64,000 nucleotides of DNA from an uncultured virus (IMG/VR IMGVR_UViG_3300043932_000242) (lineage: Duplodnaviria > Heunggongvirae > Uroviricota > Caudoviricetes). Location of the stretch: IMG/VR virus record IMGVR_UViG_3300043932_000242; one strand, 5' to 3'. Made by a program: the position numbers and the translations under genes. Positions 1 through 9,800 of this stretch are shown piece by piece. Position 1 is the stretch's first letter. Each line of letters starts with the position of its first letter. The notes below the pieces were generated by a model. It saw only the letters and a list, made by a program, of their open reading frames with translations. It ran no database searches and was not told where the DNA came from.

Positions 1-95
1 GCAACATTGCGGCACGAATAAACGCTCTTCTGGAGCCATGAGAGCATTCAAAACAGTATTAAATGCCAGCCGCTACTAGCCAATGCCAAATACGA

Positions 96-170
96 TTTAC
101 TTCCGCTCGGCCTACTTCCGCTCGGCCCGCCTCCGCTCGGCCTACTCCCACTCGGCCTACTCCCACTCGA
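96..170. repeat. 15-bp tandem repeat, 5 copies (consensus CCTACTYCCRCTCGG)
   Basis: Units start at 96, 111, 126, 141, 156: tttacttccgctcgg / cctacttccgctcgg / cccgcctccgctcgg / cctactcccactcgg / cctactcccactcga. Confidence 0.9.
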
Positions 171-591
171 TGGCTTCGGCTCTGCCGTCCCGTCATTCCA
201 GTTGCATCCAGTTTTCGGTGCCGTCTCAAGCCGAGTGCCGCCAAGTAACACCGTGTCGTATTTCGTCGGCTTCGGAGACAAAAGTCGGGACAACTTCAAA
301 AACTTTTTTCAAACTCAGGGCTTTGAGTTTTTGTTTTTGTCCCAAAGCGCGCGGCGGGCCGCCTTTGGAAGCTCGATAGCGCCGAAAACGCTTGTTTTGA
401 AACTCAACCGCCCTTTAGCCTGCAAGCCACCAGCTGCAATCGTAAGTGAATCAACGCGGGCGGCTTTCATGCTGGTTGAAAAACCGCAGGTCGCAGCTCT
501 TCGTCATCCGCGAGTAAAGTGAGTAGTCTCAGGTGGCTTGCACATGAGTTGGCGAATTGAATGAAACTCTGCTCGTTCAACGGCCCCTGCA

Positions 592-1182
592 TCAGAGAAA
601 CCACTTGGAGCAGAAGCCGATCTGGAAGACCGAATGGACGAGCATCGAGATTCCCAAGCAGACCATCATCACGCAAAACCCGATTCCGGCCCATTTCATG
701 AAGGGGTCTTTGCCCAGCCTGTCGGAATCCCGTTCCGATCGGTCGGGTGAATAGGTGTCGGCGTACACGTCGACCTTGGCAGACTCTTTTGAAAGCAGCT
801 CGAAGGCCTCGTCGAGGTCTCCGGCGAGCTTGTTCCCGTCGATTCCGACCTTGAAAAGGTGCGTCTCGTCATGCTGCCTGAGCGCCGATTCATCCTGCAG
901 CAGGTAGAACCTCTCGCCGTTCACCCCGTTCGCCAGAGCGGTCCTCTCGCTCGAGAACGACCGGATCTCCCTCATGAGCCTCGAGAAGGCCCCCTTGCCC
1001 TCGATTCCGAACTTCTGCGCGAGCGACTCAAGTTGCCAGAGCAGGTCGTACAACCCCACCGCGGGCAGGAGTCCGACCCCGTATGCCTTTTCGAGCATCG
1101 TCCGCTCGAAGCGGTCGTATGCTTTAATTGCCTCGCCGTAAGTCAGCGTGGTCCCGATCGAGGGTATTTCATTCATCTGCAT
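592..1182 (-). CDS. Hypothetical protein with C-terminal transmembrane helix
   Basis: ATG at 1182 with AGGAGA RBS; hydrophobic tail WAGIGFCVMMVCLGISMLV. Confidence 0.65.
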   Translation of the reverse strand: MQMNEIPSIGTTLTYGEAIKAYDRFERTMLEKAYGVGLLPAVGLYDLLWQLESLAQKFGIEGKGAFSRLMREIRSFSSERTALANGVNGERFYLLQDESALRQHDETHLFKVGIDGNKLAGDLDEAFELLSKESAKVDVYADTYSPDRSERDSDRLGKDPFMKWAGIGFCVMMVCLGISMLVHSVFQIGFCSKWFL

Positions 1183-1201
1183 CGATTCTCCTGTCTGCCG
1201 A

Positions 1202-1498
1202 TTAGAGGCTGCTCGCCTCGCCAAGTGCTTCCGTATTCGCCGCGAAGCGCACCCCTCCAGAGGTGACCTCGACGGGATGTCCGGATTTGACCAGGTCGCA
1301 AAGGGCGTATATTCCATATCCCGCCACCCCGGCAATGGAAACGACGAGGCATCCAAGGAGGCCAGCTTGGGGCCCGGTGATGCCGCTCGTCGCGTCGACG
1401 AGGGATTTGAACATGCCTTGGCAATTAATGGCCTTCTCGTTCACGGCACCAATCGTGGCGTCGCTAATTGCAATGGCTCCCATCGTGTTTTCGGTCAT
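1202..1498 (-). CDS. Small membrane protein
   Basis: AAGGAG RBS before ATG 1498; hydrophobic segment LLGCLVVSIAGVAGYGIYAL; co-oriented with neighbours. Confidence 0.6.
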   Translation of the reverse strand: MTENTMGAIAISDATIGAVNEKAINCQGMFKSLVDATSGITGPQAGLLGCLVVSIAGVAGYGIYALCDLVKSGHPVEVTSGGVRFAANTEALGEASSL

Positions 1499-1553
1499 CC
1501 TTACTCCTTTTTTGTAGTCCATCTGCGTTTTCCGCTTTAAACAGCCAGACTCC

Positions 1554-2531
1554 TTATCCTTTCTTTGAATGCAGGAATAGCCCGCCCGCGCCTATTGCCA
1601 AGCCAGAGATGACGGCCGCCACGGCGGGCACCCAGCTGGGCAGTTGCGAATGCCGGGCATGGTTATCAGGCGTTGCCGGAGAATCAACTTCGTTGTGGCC
1701 AGCCGCTATTGATTCAGCGGCGTCCTTTGCGGTCTCGGCCTCGACCATATCGAGGAAATCCTCGAGCTCGCTTATTACGCGGTTTTCATCAAGCGGCATT
1801 GGAAACTCTGCCGCCGTCCTTCGTGCGAGGAGGACGGACTTGATGCGAACCATGTCCTCCCAAGACAGCTTCTCGTCGCATCGGGTTGCGTCTTCGATGC
1901 TGTAGACAATCTGACCACAACGCATCACGGGGACTCGATGGAAGAGATCGGTAACTCTTGCGTCGTTGTTCACGAAAAGGAGCATGCCATGCACGTCCTC
2001 TTCGCTCATGCAGCCGTCGGAAGAGAATTGAATCGCATCCCAAAGGGCATGTATCTTCTCACGCATTCGCTCGCCGACGTTGTAGGAGCGAAGGCCGCAG
2101 CGCAGGATTCCTCCATCGTCTATCACGACGTCGTTTCGGTAGTTCTTTACCTCGATCACGTATATGCCCGAACGGGCGATTAAAACCTGATCGTATTCCT
2201 CGAACGAGTCTCCATTCGGAAGCGCGATGTTGGAAAGCAGCAGGCTATCGCCGCGAAGACATCTGAGACTCTTTGCGGCGAGAAGCTCGCCGCGCTTCCC
2301 GTTGATCAGCCCGCCTATGGTCGAACTGAGCTTCTCTAGGTCTCGAATGAGGGCGGTGTAGGTGTCCTCTCCCTCCAGCCCAAGGTCGTGGGCCTTGCTT
2401 CGCAGGTGATCGATAAGGTCGTAGGTACGCAGGCTCTCGCTGTACGAGGTTTCGAAAACTCGCTCCAAAAGCAACCCTTCGAGACTCTTGAGCCGCTCGA
2501 GGATTTCCTCGTTGGTATAGGTCTTGCTCAT
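1554..2531 (-). CDS. NERD (nuclease-related) domain protein with C-terminal TM anchor
   Basis: GKRGE...EYDQVLIARSGIYVIEVKNY is the NERD PD-(D/E)XK motif; hydrophobic C-terminus. Confidence 0.8.
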   Translation of the reverse strand: MSKTYTNEEILERLKSLEGLLLERVFETSYSESLRTYDLIDHLRSKAHDLGLEGEDTYTALIRDLEKLSSTIGGLINGKRGELLAAKSLRCLRGDSLLLSNIALPNGDSFEEYDQVLIARSGIYVIEVKNYRNDVVIDDGGILRCGLRSYNVGERMREKIHALWDAIQFSSDGCMSEEDVHGMLLFVNNDARVTDLFHRVPVMRCGQIVYSIEDATRCDEKLSWEDMVRIKSVLLARRTAAEFPMPLDENRVISELEDFLDMVEAETAKDAAESIAAGHNEVDSPATPDNHARHSQLPSWVPAVAAVISGLAIGAGGLFLHSKKG

Positions 2532-2652
2532 CTAGCACTCCTTGTCTACTTGCTCTCTGCCTGTTAGTATCCCTCGATGAAAAGCAGAATGGTAGAATCG
2601 ATTAACGGTAATATCTCTAGTTACAATTATGGTTTAGTCACTTAGGAGGATA

Positions 2653-3528
2653 TTGAAGATGAGTGGTCCAAAGGCAGAGGTTCTGCAGTCAAACGAAGTC
2701 GTGGAGTCAAGACTTAAATCGTGGCGAGACAACCTCTCTGGGCTCATGAAGGAGCGGGGCCTAAAGCAGAATGGTCTCGCGGAGCTGATAAACAATCGGT
2801 TCTATGGTGGGAACGAGAGCCCTCGGTTTACGCAGAAGAACGTCAGCACGTGGGTCAATGCTGGCCTTCCTGACAGGAAGGGCCATGTGCGGCCTTTTCC
2901 CAAATTCGAAATCATGCTTCAAATCGCCGCGGTGCTCGAGGTCGATCTCGGATATCTCATAGGCGATATCGAATGCAAGACCTACAAGGCGCAGGATGCC
3001 CATGAGTACACGGGGCTAGAGGAATCCGCCCTCGAGGAAGTTCGCAAAATCACGCATTTCGAACGTAAGTACCACCTTGGAGAAAGCCGGGGCTCGAATA
3101 GCGCCATAATGAGCGAAATCCTAAAATCGCCCATCCTCCCAGAGCTTCTAGACGAAATGGCGCGCTTGGTTCGGCTTACTGACAAGAGAGACGATATAAA
3201 GGAGGCCGTCGTTGCCGAATACGGGGAGGAGCTCGTCGACAGGGCCCTTAGGTATTGCGACGACTTTGTCGCACCCGGGCTCGACGCGCCTGAGGAAGAG
3301 CTCCGGGAAGCGGAAGCAATCAACGAGGCCGTTTTCGAGTCGGCCGGGGTGTCGCCTGAGGAGCGGCCGCGATTCATTGAGGCGGCGGCGGCGATCAGCA
3401 AGGCCATCGACGACTGCTACGACGAGGAAAACCGCCTGGTTCGAGACGAGAGCGCAAGTCGCTATATGGTTCAGAAAAGGTTCGGGGAAATCGTCGAGTT
3501 GATTGCGCCCTCGCGTTTTACAAAATAG
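2653..3528 (+). CDS. XRE-family HTH transcriptional regulator (element repressor-like)
   Basis: LSGLMKERGLKQNGLAELI...TQKNVSTWVN...FEIMLQIAAVLEVDLGYLIG; AGGAGG RBS; divergent from the NERD operon. Confidence 0.8.
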   Translation: MKMSGPKAEVLQSNEVVESRLKSWRDNLSGLMKERGLKQNGLAELINNRFYGGNESPRFTQKNVSTWVNAGLPDRKGHVRPFPKFEIMLQIAAVLEVDLGYLIGDIECKTYKAQDAHEYTGLEESALEEVRKITHFERKYHLGESRGSNSAIMSEILKSPILPELLDEMARLVRLTDKRDDIKEAVVAEYGEELVDRALRYCDDFVAPGLDAPEEELREAEAINEAVFESAGVSPEERPRFIEAAAAISKAIDDCYDEENRLVRDESASRYMVQKRFGEIVELIAPSRFTK

Positions 3529-3809
3529 AGCACAAGGCCCTTTAGCTCGACTTATTGCTAATTGAGCCAGCCGCTCGTCCGCCCCAGCTTACCTAGACGT
3601 CCCTCCCGCGATGTCCGTGTCCCAACGGATGGGTACCATTTACCTGGGTGCACCTGGGGCAACGGGCCGTCAGGCCTGCGCAAGGTCGCTCGCAGAACAC
3701 GCAACAGCAAACACGACAGAAGAGGCGAACGACAGATGCCGGACCCCGGACGACAGCACCGCGGAAGACGAGCATTCCGACCACAACCGAACAACTCCAG
3801 CTATTAGGT

Positions 3810-3838
3810 AGGCGCCCGCATGGGCGCCTTTTACTTTT
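3810..3838 (+). terminator. Intrinsic terminator
   Basis: aggcgccc-gcat-gggcgcct followed by tttactttt. Confidence 0.7.
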
Positions 3839-4038
3839 CAGGGACTTAGCTGCCAGCTAAGGCGTGCGGCTCATGGCCGTTTCGTGAAGGCCCGACCACC
3901 TCGACCCACCTCGACCCGTCTCCGCTCCCGCCGTGCGCGCCAATCGCCGTCAGGCGGTTCAATCGTCGCGCAGACGAAAAGGCACACGGTGCCGTGCGGT
4001 GTGCTCGCGCGGTGCCGCACGGGAAGATTGGAGGAACC

Positions 4039-4257
4039 ATGGCACGCACAGCCGAATGCGCCGCGCCCGAGGGAAGCCAAGATCGGGACGAGTGGATGAC
4101 GGTAATCGAGATGCAGGAGTACATGGGGGCGAGCCGGAGCAAGGCGTACGACCTCATCTGGTCGGGAGAGATCGACTCGTACAGGCTCGGAAGGAAACTC
4201 CTGGTTTCGAGGGCGTCAGTGGATGCCTACATCGAGTCGAGGAGCGGCAGGAAATGA
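4039..4257 (+). CDS. Excisionase-like HTH_17 DNA-binding protein
   Basis: WMTVIEMQEYMGASRSKAYDLIWSGEIDSYRLGRKLLVSRASVDAYI; GGAGG RBS. Confidence 0.85.
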   Translation: MARTAECAAPEGSQDRDEWMTVIEMQEYMGASRSKAYDLIWSGEIDSYRLGRKLLVSRASVDAYIESRSGRK

Positions 4258-4335
4258 CGGCGGCGACCGCCCCGGGAGCCGCCCGCGGCCGGGCACGCGA
4301 GGGAGCCTCGAGACGAAAGGAGCTCGAGGACGACC

Positions 4336-4584
4336 ATGACCAAGAGCATTAGCAGGAGCCAGGTGAGGCTCATCGCATCGACCAACGCGATATTCGGCGC
4401 CGACGAGGCGTCCGCGATGCTGCGCATCAGCCGCGACGCCATGTACCGGCTCGCCAAGGACCCCGACGACCCGTTCCCGATCCGCTACATCGGCGGCAAG
4501 ACGCGCGACGGCATCGTGCTGCACGACGAGCTCGTCGCATGGGTCGAGCGAAACAGCGTCGTCGGCTCGCCCAGAAGGGACTAG
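4336..4584 (+). CDS. Second excisionase/AlpA-like HTH protein
   Basis: DEASAMLRISRDAMYRLAKDPDDPFP...DELVAWVER. Confidence 0.75.
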   Translation: MTKSISRSQVRLIASTNAIFGADEASAMLRISRDAMYRLAKDPDDPFPIRYIGGKTRDGIVLHDELVAWVERNSVVGSPRRD

Positions 4585-4589
4585 CGCCG

Positions 4590-5105
4590 ATGGCTGCCGC
4601 AGGCCCGAGGGGGCGCGACGGCCCCTCCCCGCGCGAGTTCACGGCGGTACGGCATTTCATGATGGCGGACCTGGGCCTCTCAGGCCTTCCTCTGCTCGTC
4701 TACGCGCGCATCTTCGGCTTCTGCGACGGCGGGTGCGACTACTTCGAGAGCAAGGGCGGCCTTGCCCGCTTCCTCAACGTACAGGAGCGCAGCGCCCACC
4801 GCGCCATCCGCGACCTGCTCGGCCGGGGCCTCATCGAGGAATGCGGCGTGCACGCCCCGGCGCGCTGGCACGCCACCAAGCGATATCGCATCGTGCGCGA
4901 GAGGCTGCCGCTCGGAGCGTTGGCAACCCCTGATGAACCGTCAGGGGTTCCGGCGCGAAAAGGTGACGAAATGACAGGGTTCGCCGCGAACAAGGGTGAC
5001 GAACCGTCAGGGTTCTCAGCCCGAACCCCTGACGAGATGACAGGGGAACCCCTGACGGTATGCCACCCAATATCAAAAAGGGATAACAAGGACTTCAGAA
5101 GATAA
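4590..5105 (+). CDS. Phage-type replication initiator (winged HTH) with internal iterons
   Basis: DLGLSGLPLLVYARIFGF...YFESKGGLARFLNVQERSAHRAIRDLLGRGLI; repetitive C-terminus; followed by a DnaC-like remnant. Confidence 0.65.
   Translation: MAAAGPRGRDGPSPREFTAVRHFMMADLGLSGLPLLVYARIFGFCDGGCDYFESKGGLARFLNVQERSAHRAIRDLLGRGLIEECGVHAPARWHATKRYRIVRERLPLGALATPDEPSGVPARKGDEMTGFAANKGDEPSGFSARTPDEMTGEPLTVCHPISKRDNKDFRR
4928..5105. repeat. Iteron-like repeats, putative origin inside the initiator gene
   Basis: TGAYGA-N4-WCAGGG units at 4931, 4964, 4997, 5030 (33-bp period), a partial copy at 5053, then an A-rich tract. Confidence 0.65.
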
Positions 5106-5119
5106 GGAAGGGGCGCCCG

Positions 5120-5390
5120 ATGGACCGAGCGGGACTCATCACCCTGGAGCAGGCCCGGGCCGCCGGGCTTTCCTTCGACGAGCCGGAGCCAAGGACGTGC
5201 CCGTACTGCGGCGCCGCCCTCGATCCGCTCGGCGCGGCGCTGGCGGGAAAGGTCGCCTGGGTCTCCGCCGCCCCTGCCCGTGCGAGGGTGCAATCAGCGA
5301 GCGGGAGGCCGAGGCGCGAAAGCGCGCGGCCCTCGCCGCCAAAGAAGAGGCGGCCCGCCGGGAGAAGGCGCTCGCGCGCGCGGGCATCCT
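5120..5390 (+). pseudogene. Frameshifted, truncated DnaC/IstB-like helicase loader (zinc-finger N-terminus only)
   Basis: CPYCG...then CPCEG...ARAGI continues in another frame after about 5270; ATPase domain absent. Confidence 0.6.
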
Positions 5391-5655
5391 GCGGCCGACA
5401 CGATCCTCGCGCAGGTGCGGGCGGGCACCCCAGTGGCGGCCGAGACGACCAGACAGTTCGCCCTCAGGGAGAGCCTCGCCGCCACGACCTCGGCCCTCCT
5501 CCCGGGCGGCGTGGCCCGCGATGACGTCGCCGGCCTGCTCGTCCGGTCCGCGAGCGGCTCGCCCCGCCGCCACCTGGCGAGCCACTTCCAGGCGGTCTGC
5601 CTCGAGACCCCCATCTCGCGGGCGGCGTCGGAGACGCGCTCGCCGCCTCCAACCC
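5385..5655 (-). pseudogene. IS481-family transposase N-terminal fragment
   Basis: ERVSDAAREMGVSRQTAWKWLARWRRGEPLADRTSRP HTH typical of IS481; no DDE domain. Confidence 0.7.
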
Positions 5656-5778
5656 CGCCACGAGGTCGATCCCGCCGATGCCCTCGGGGCCCTGCCAGGC
5701 CTCGTCGACGATCTCGTAGCCCTTGCGCTCGAGGAAGGCCTTGACCGCGCCCATCGCCTTTTCCTTCATGTCGTTCAT
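5656..5778 (-). pseudogene. YraN-like endonuclease N-terminal fragment
   Basis: MKEKAMGAVKAFLERKGYEIVDEAW...GGIDLVA, then runs into IS481 sequence; AAGGAG RBS. Confidence 0.65.
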
Positions 5779-5833
5779 GTCTTGCTCCTTAGACTCTTAA
5801 GGCCCGCCCTGTGGCGCGCCTTGCGTCGCGTGA

Positions 5834-5996
5834 GTCGCATGCAGCGCGGGCGTGCCGTCAAGGGAGGAAGCGAAGTCGGACGTGGTTATAGAAATCTCCC
5901 GACGTCAGTTTTTCGCGTTGTTCGCGCGCGCAGCGCATGGGGCGAAGAACCCGAAAAAGTGTCGCGGCCCTTGCAGGCCGCCTGCCGGCGTGCGAC
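5834..5996. promoter_or_regulatory. Long branched inverted repeat resembling a single-strand (Frpo/ssi-type) promoter
   Basis: Arms 5834-5864 and 5968-5996 are imperfectly complementary and carry TTGACG/TTGCAG; inner stem 5908-5925 with 5942-5959. Confidence 0.5.
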
Positions 5997-6320
5997 CCTG
6001 CGCGTCCAAGGAGAGCCGGGGCGGGTTTCGGATCGGAGGGGCGCAGGCGTGCGGCATGGAATCGGGCGTGGGCGCCGAGGCTTCCGGGCATGGGATGCGG
6101 CCCGTCGGCGGTTGCTGGGCTCCCGTGGGGATTGGCGACGACGCCGCGGCGGGGACAACGGCGCGTTCCCGAGTCGCGGTGCCGCGGTCCGCATCGGGAC
6201 GGCGTTTCCCGCTCCGCTTGCGGCCGATATGCGCACGGGATCGCCGGCGGCGAGATGGTTCTCCATGCGGAACGGCTACGGTGCTGCGCGACACGTCTGT
6301 TGAGAGAAGGAGGCAAGCAG

Positions 6321-6452
6321 ATGTTGGGCTACGAAGAGAAGTTGGAGCGCATCGGCGACGCGGCACACATCCTGGAAGCGCAGAACGAGGTTCTCTATGC
6401 AGAGGAGCGGGAGGACGACATACCCCGCGAAAACCGGGGAGCAAAGCCCTAG
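6321..6452 (+). pseudogene. Short ORF, probably an internally deleted remnant
   Basis: AAGGAGG RBS and ATG but only 43 aa (MLGYEEKLERIGDAAHILEAQNEVLYAEER). Confidence 0.35.
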
Positions 6453-6614
6453 CCGGAAATAGTTCTTTGATTCCAATCGGAAGACATTCTCTGCCGCCCA
6501 CGCTCATATAAAGCCTGGGCATCGGCCGTCCCTCTGTTCCCGGTGCCGCGCCGTACCGCTGCGTTATAATGCTGAAAACGCATTTGTATTGCATTTCGAG
6601 GGATAGAGGCGCAG

Positions 6615-6827
6615 ATGCCTGACAGCTACAAGGAGCTCATCAAGGGCAACCCCGACGAGACCGAGATCAGAAGCTTCCTGGTGAACGGCGACCAGGTCTC
6701 CGTGACCCTGCGCATCCCCGACACCCTGCGTGACGCGGCCAAGGAGGAGGCATCTCTTCGGGGCATGAGCTTCTCCGCCTTCGTGCGCACCTGCATGATC
6801 GGAGAGCTCGCGAAGAAGGGAGCATAG
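6615..6827 (+). CDS. Ribbon-helix-helix regulator leading the defence operon
   Basis: VSVTLRIPDTLRDAAKEEASLRGMSFSAFVRTCM; TATAAT at 6565-6570 upstream. Confidence 0.8.
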   Translation: MPDSYKELIKGNPDETEIRSFLVNGDQVSVTLRIPDTLRDAAKEEASLRGMSFSAFVRTCMIGELAKKGA

Positions 6828-6831
6828 AGGC

Positions 6832-9800
6832 GTGAAGTCGCTAAACAACGTCGGCGCCGAGCGCCTGGGAAACGCCCTCGGCGAATCCATCGACGACGGC
6901 GCGAAGCTGTCGATAATCAGCTCGTATTTCACCGTGTTCGCCTACGGGGAGCTCAAGGAGGAGCTCTCCAAGGTCGACGAGGTGCGCTTCCTGTTCAGCG
7001 AGCCCACCTTCGTCAAGCGCATGGCCGACTCGAAGGAGCCGCGCGAGTTCGAGGTCGCCCGCCGTGCGCGCGAGGTCGGCGTCGGCGGCTCGGGGCTCGA
7101 GCTCACGCTGCGCAACAACCTCAACCAGCGCGCGCTCGCCCGCGAATGCGCCGAGTGGATCCGCGAGAAGGGCGTCTTCAAGTCCGCCAAGACGTCCGGC
7201 GCCATTCAGCCGGGCGGCACGTACGTGGTGGAGAACCCCTCCGGCGACGACCACGCCTTCATGGGCGCCGCCGCGAACTTCACGCAGGAGGGCCTCGGCT
7301 ACGAGCGCCGCCCGGGAACCGTCACCTGCGTGAGCCATTTCGAGAATGCCACCGAGGCCGTCGGCCTCAAGATGATGTTCGAGTCGGTATGGGACAACCC
7401 CGCAATGGTCGAGGAGGTCACCGCGCAGGTTGCCGCCCAGGTCGAGACGCTCTACCGAGAGAACCCGCCCGAGTTCATCTATTTCCTGACCCTGTACCAC
7501 CTGTTCCGCGACTTCATGGAGGACGACGAGGACAACGGCATCCGCCCCGGCCTCAAGTTCGAGGAGTCCGCGGTCTGGAACAAGCTCTACGACTTCCAGA
7601 AGGACGCCGTCGTGGGCGCCATCCGCAAGCTGGAGAAGTACAATGGCTGCATCATCGCCGACTCGGTGGGCCTGGGCAAGACCTACGAGGCGCTCGCCGT
7701 CATGAAGTACTACCAGGAGCGCAACGACCGCATCCTCGTGCTGTGCCCGAAGCGCCTGCGGGACAACTGGACCCTGTGGACCCAGGACAACGACGACCGA
7801 AACCCGCTGGCCGACGACCGCTTCAGCTACACGGTGCTCAACCACACCGACCTGTCGCGCTACCACGGCATGAGCGGCGAGGTGGACCTCGAGCACCTGC
7901 GATGGGGCCACTTCGACCTCCTCGTCATCGACGAGAGCCACAACTTCAGGAACAAGAGCACCGACGCGGACAAGACCGACCGCTACACGCGCCTCATCGA
8001 GGACGTCATCAAGTCTGGCCAGCGCACGAAGGTGCTCATGCTCTCGGCCACCCCGGTGAACAACCGCCTGCTCGACCTGCGCAACCAAATCGAGCTCATC
8101 ACCGAGGGAGACGACGCGTACCTTGAGGAAACCGACGGCATCCCGTCTATCACCCACGTGACGCGCGTCGCCCAGCAGAGGTTCAACGAGTGGAGCAAGC
8201 TCTCCGACTCTGAGCGAACCACCGAGAGCTTCGTGAACGCGGTGAACGCCGACTACTTCAAGCTGCTCGACGTGCTCACCATCGCGCGCAGCCGCAAGCA
8301 CATCACGAAGTACTACGGCGCCGCGAGCGGGACATTCCCGGCACGCCGTGCGCCCCTGTCGTTCCAGACGCCCATCGACCTCGACGGCGAGCTGCCGCCG
8401 ATAGCCGAGCTCAACGACATGATCGCCCAGCTCACGTTCGCCCAGTACCAGGTGCTCTCCTACGTGCGCGCCGACCGGCGCCGCAAGTACGAGGACCGCT
8501 ACGGGGACACGTGGGGCAAGGACTTCGAGAGCCAGGTCCACCGCACGACGGCGGTGGCAAACCTCATGCGCATCAACGTCCTCAAGCGCATGGAGTCCTC
8601 CGTGAACAGCTTCCGCATCACCCTGCGCCGCATCCTCGACGGCTGCGTCGACCTGCGCGCGAGGCTCGACGCCGACGCGTCGGGGGTCGCCTACGGCACC
8701 GAGGGCCTCGAGGACGGATTCGACGACGACGATGCCGAGGAGTTCGAGGCCGGCGGCAAGGTGCGCGTCGACCTGCGCGACGTCGACGCCCTGCGCCTGG
8801 GCCAGGACCTCGACTTCGACATCCAGGTACTCCGGGCCCTGCTCGCCTACGCCGACGCGGTGACGCCCGAGCGCGACACCAAGCTCGTGAGGCTGCGCGA
8901 CTTCATCGCGGAGAAGGTCAGCAACCCGTACAACCCCGGCAACCGCAAGGTGCTAGTATTCAGCGCGTTCGCCGACACGACTGCGTACCTCTTCGAGCAG
9001 CTGGCCCCCTGGCTGAAGCGCGAGCTCGGCATCGAGTGCGCCGAGGTGGCGGGCAGCTCCAACCGGACCTACTCGCTGAAGCTCCCCAGGACCACATTCG
9101 AGAACATCCTCGCGAGGTTCTCTCCTGTCTCCAAGGAGCTGCCGGAGAGCCAGAGGACGCTCGGCGAGATCGACGTCATCTTCGCGACGGACTGCATCTC
9201 CGAGGGCCAGAACCTGCAGGATTGCGACTGCCTGGTGAACTACGACATCCACTGGAACCCGGTGCGCATCATCCAGCGCTTCGGCCGCATCGACCGCCTG
9301 GGCTCGAAGAACGGACAGATCCAGCTGGTCAACTTCTGGCCGGACATCGCGCTCGATGAGTACATCCAGCTCGAGGGCCGCGTGAAGGGGCGCATGGCGC
9401 TGCTCGACGCGTCGGCCACCGGCGAGGAGAACGTGCTGGAGGCAAAGGGCAACGGCGAGATGAACGACCTCAAGTACCGCCGCCAGCAGCTCCAGCAGCT
9501 CAAAAGCGAGGTGCTCGACCTCGAGGACATCTCGGGCGGCATCTCGATCACGGACTTCGCCTTCGACGACTTCCGCGTGGAGCTCCAGCGCTACGCGAAG
9601 GAGCATCCCGGCGCGCTGGAGAACTCGCCGGCGGGCCTCCACGCCGTGGCCCCCATACCCGACGAGCTTCGCGGCGACGTGAAGCCGGGCGTGGTCTTCT
9701 GCCTCAAACAGAACGACGAGACCAACGACCCCAGGGACACGAACCCCGTCTTCCCGTACTACGTGGTGTACGTGTCGGGCGACGGCGAGGTCATGACGAA

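Noticed and set aside
48..522. Short ORFs over the 15-bp repeat
   Set aside because: Open in several frames only because of the repeat; no RBS or domain evidence
5197..6594. Long Arg/Pro/Ala-rich ORFs (368, 219, 229 aa)
   Set aside because: GC-rich shadow ORFs crossing pseudogene junctions and an inverted-repeat region; no domain motifs
6841..8541. 566-aa minus-strand ORF and similar antisense ORFs (e.g. 32175-33680, 17708-18826)
   Set aside because: Antisense shadows of high-GC3 genes
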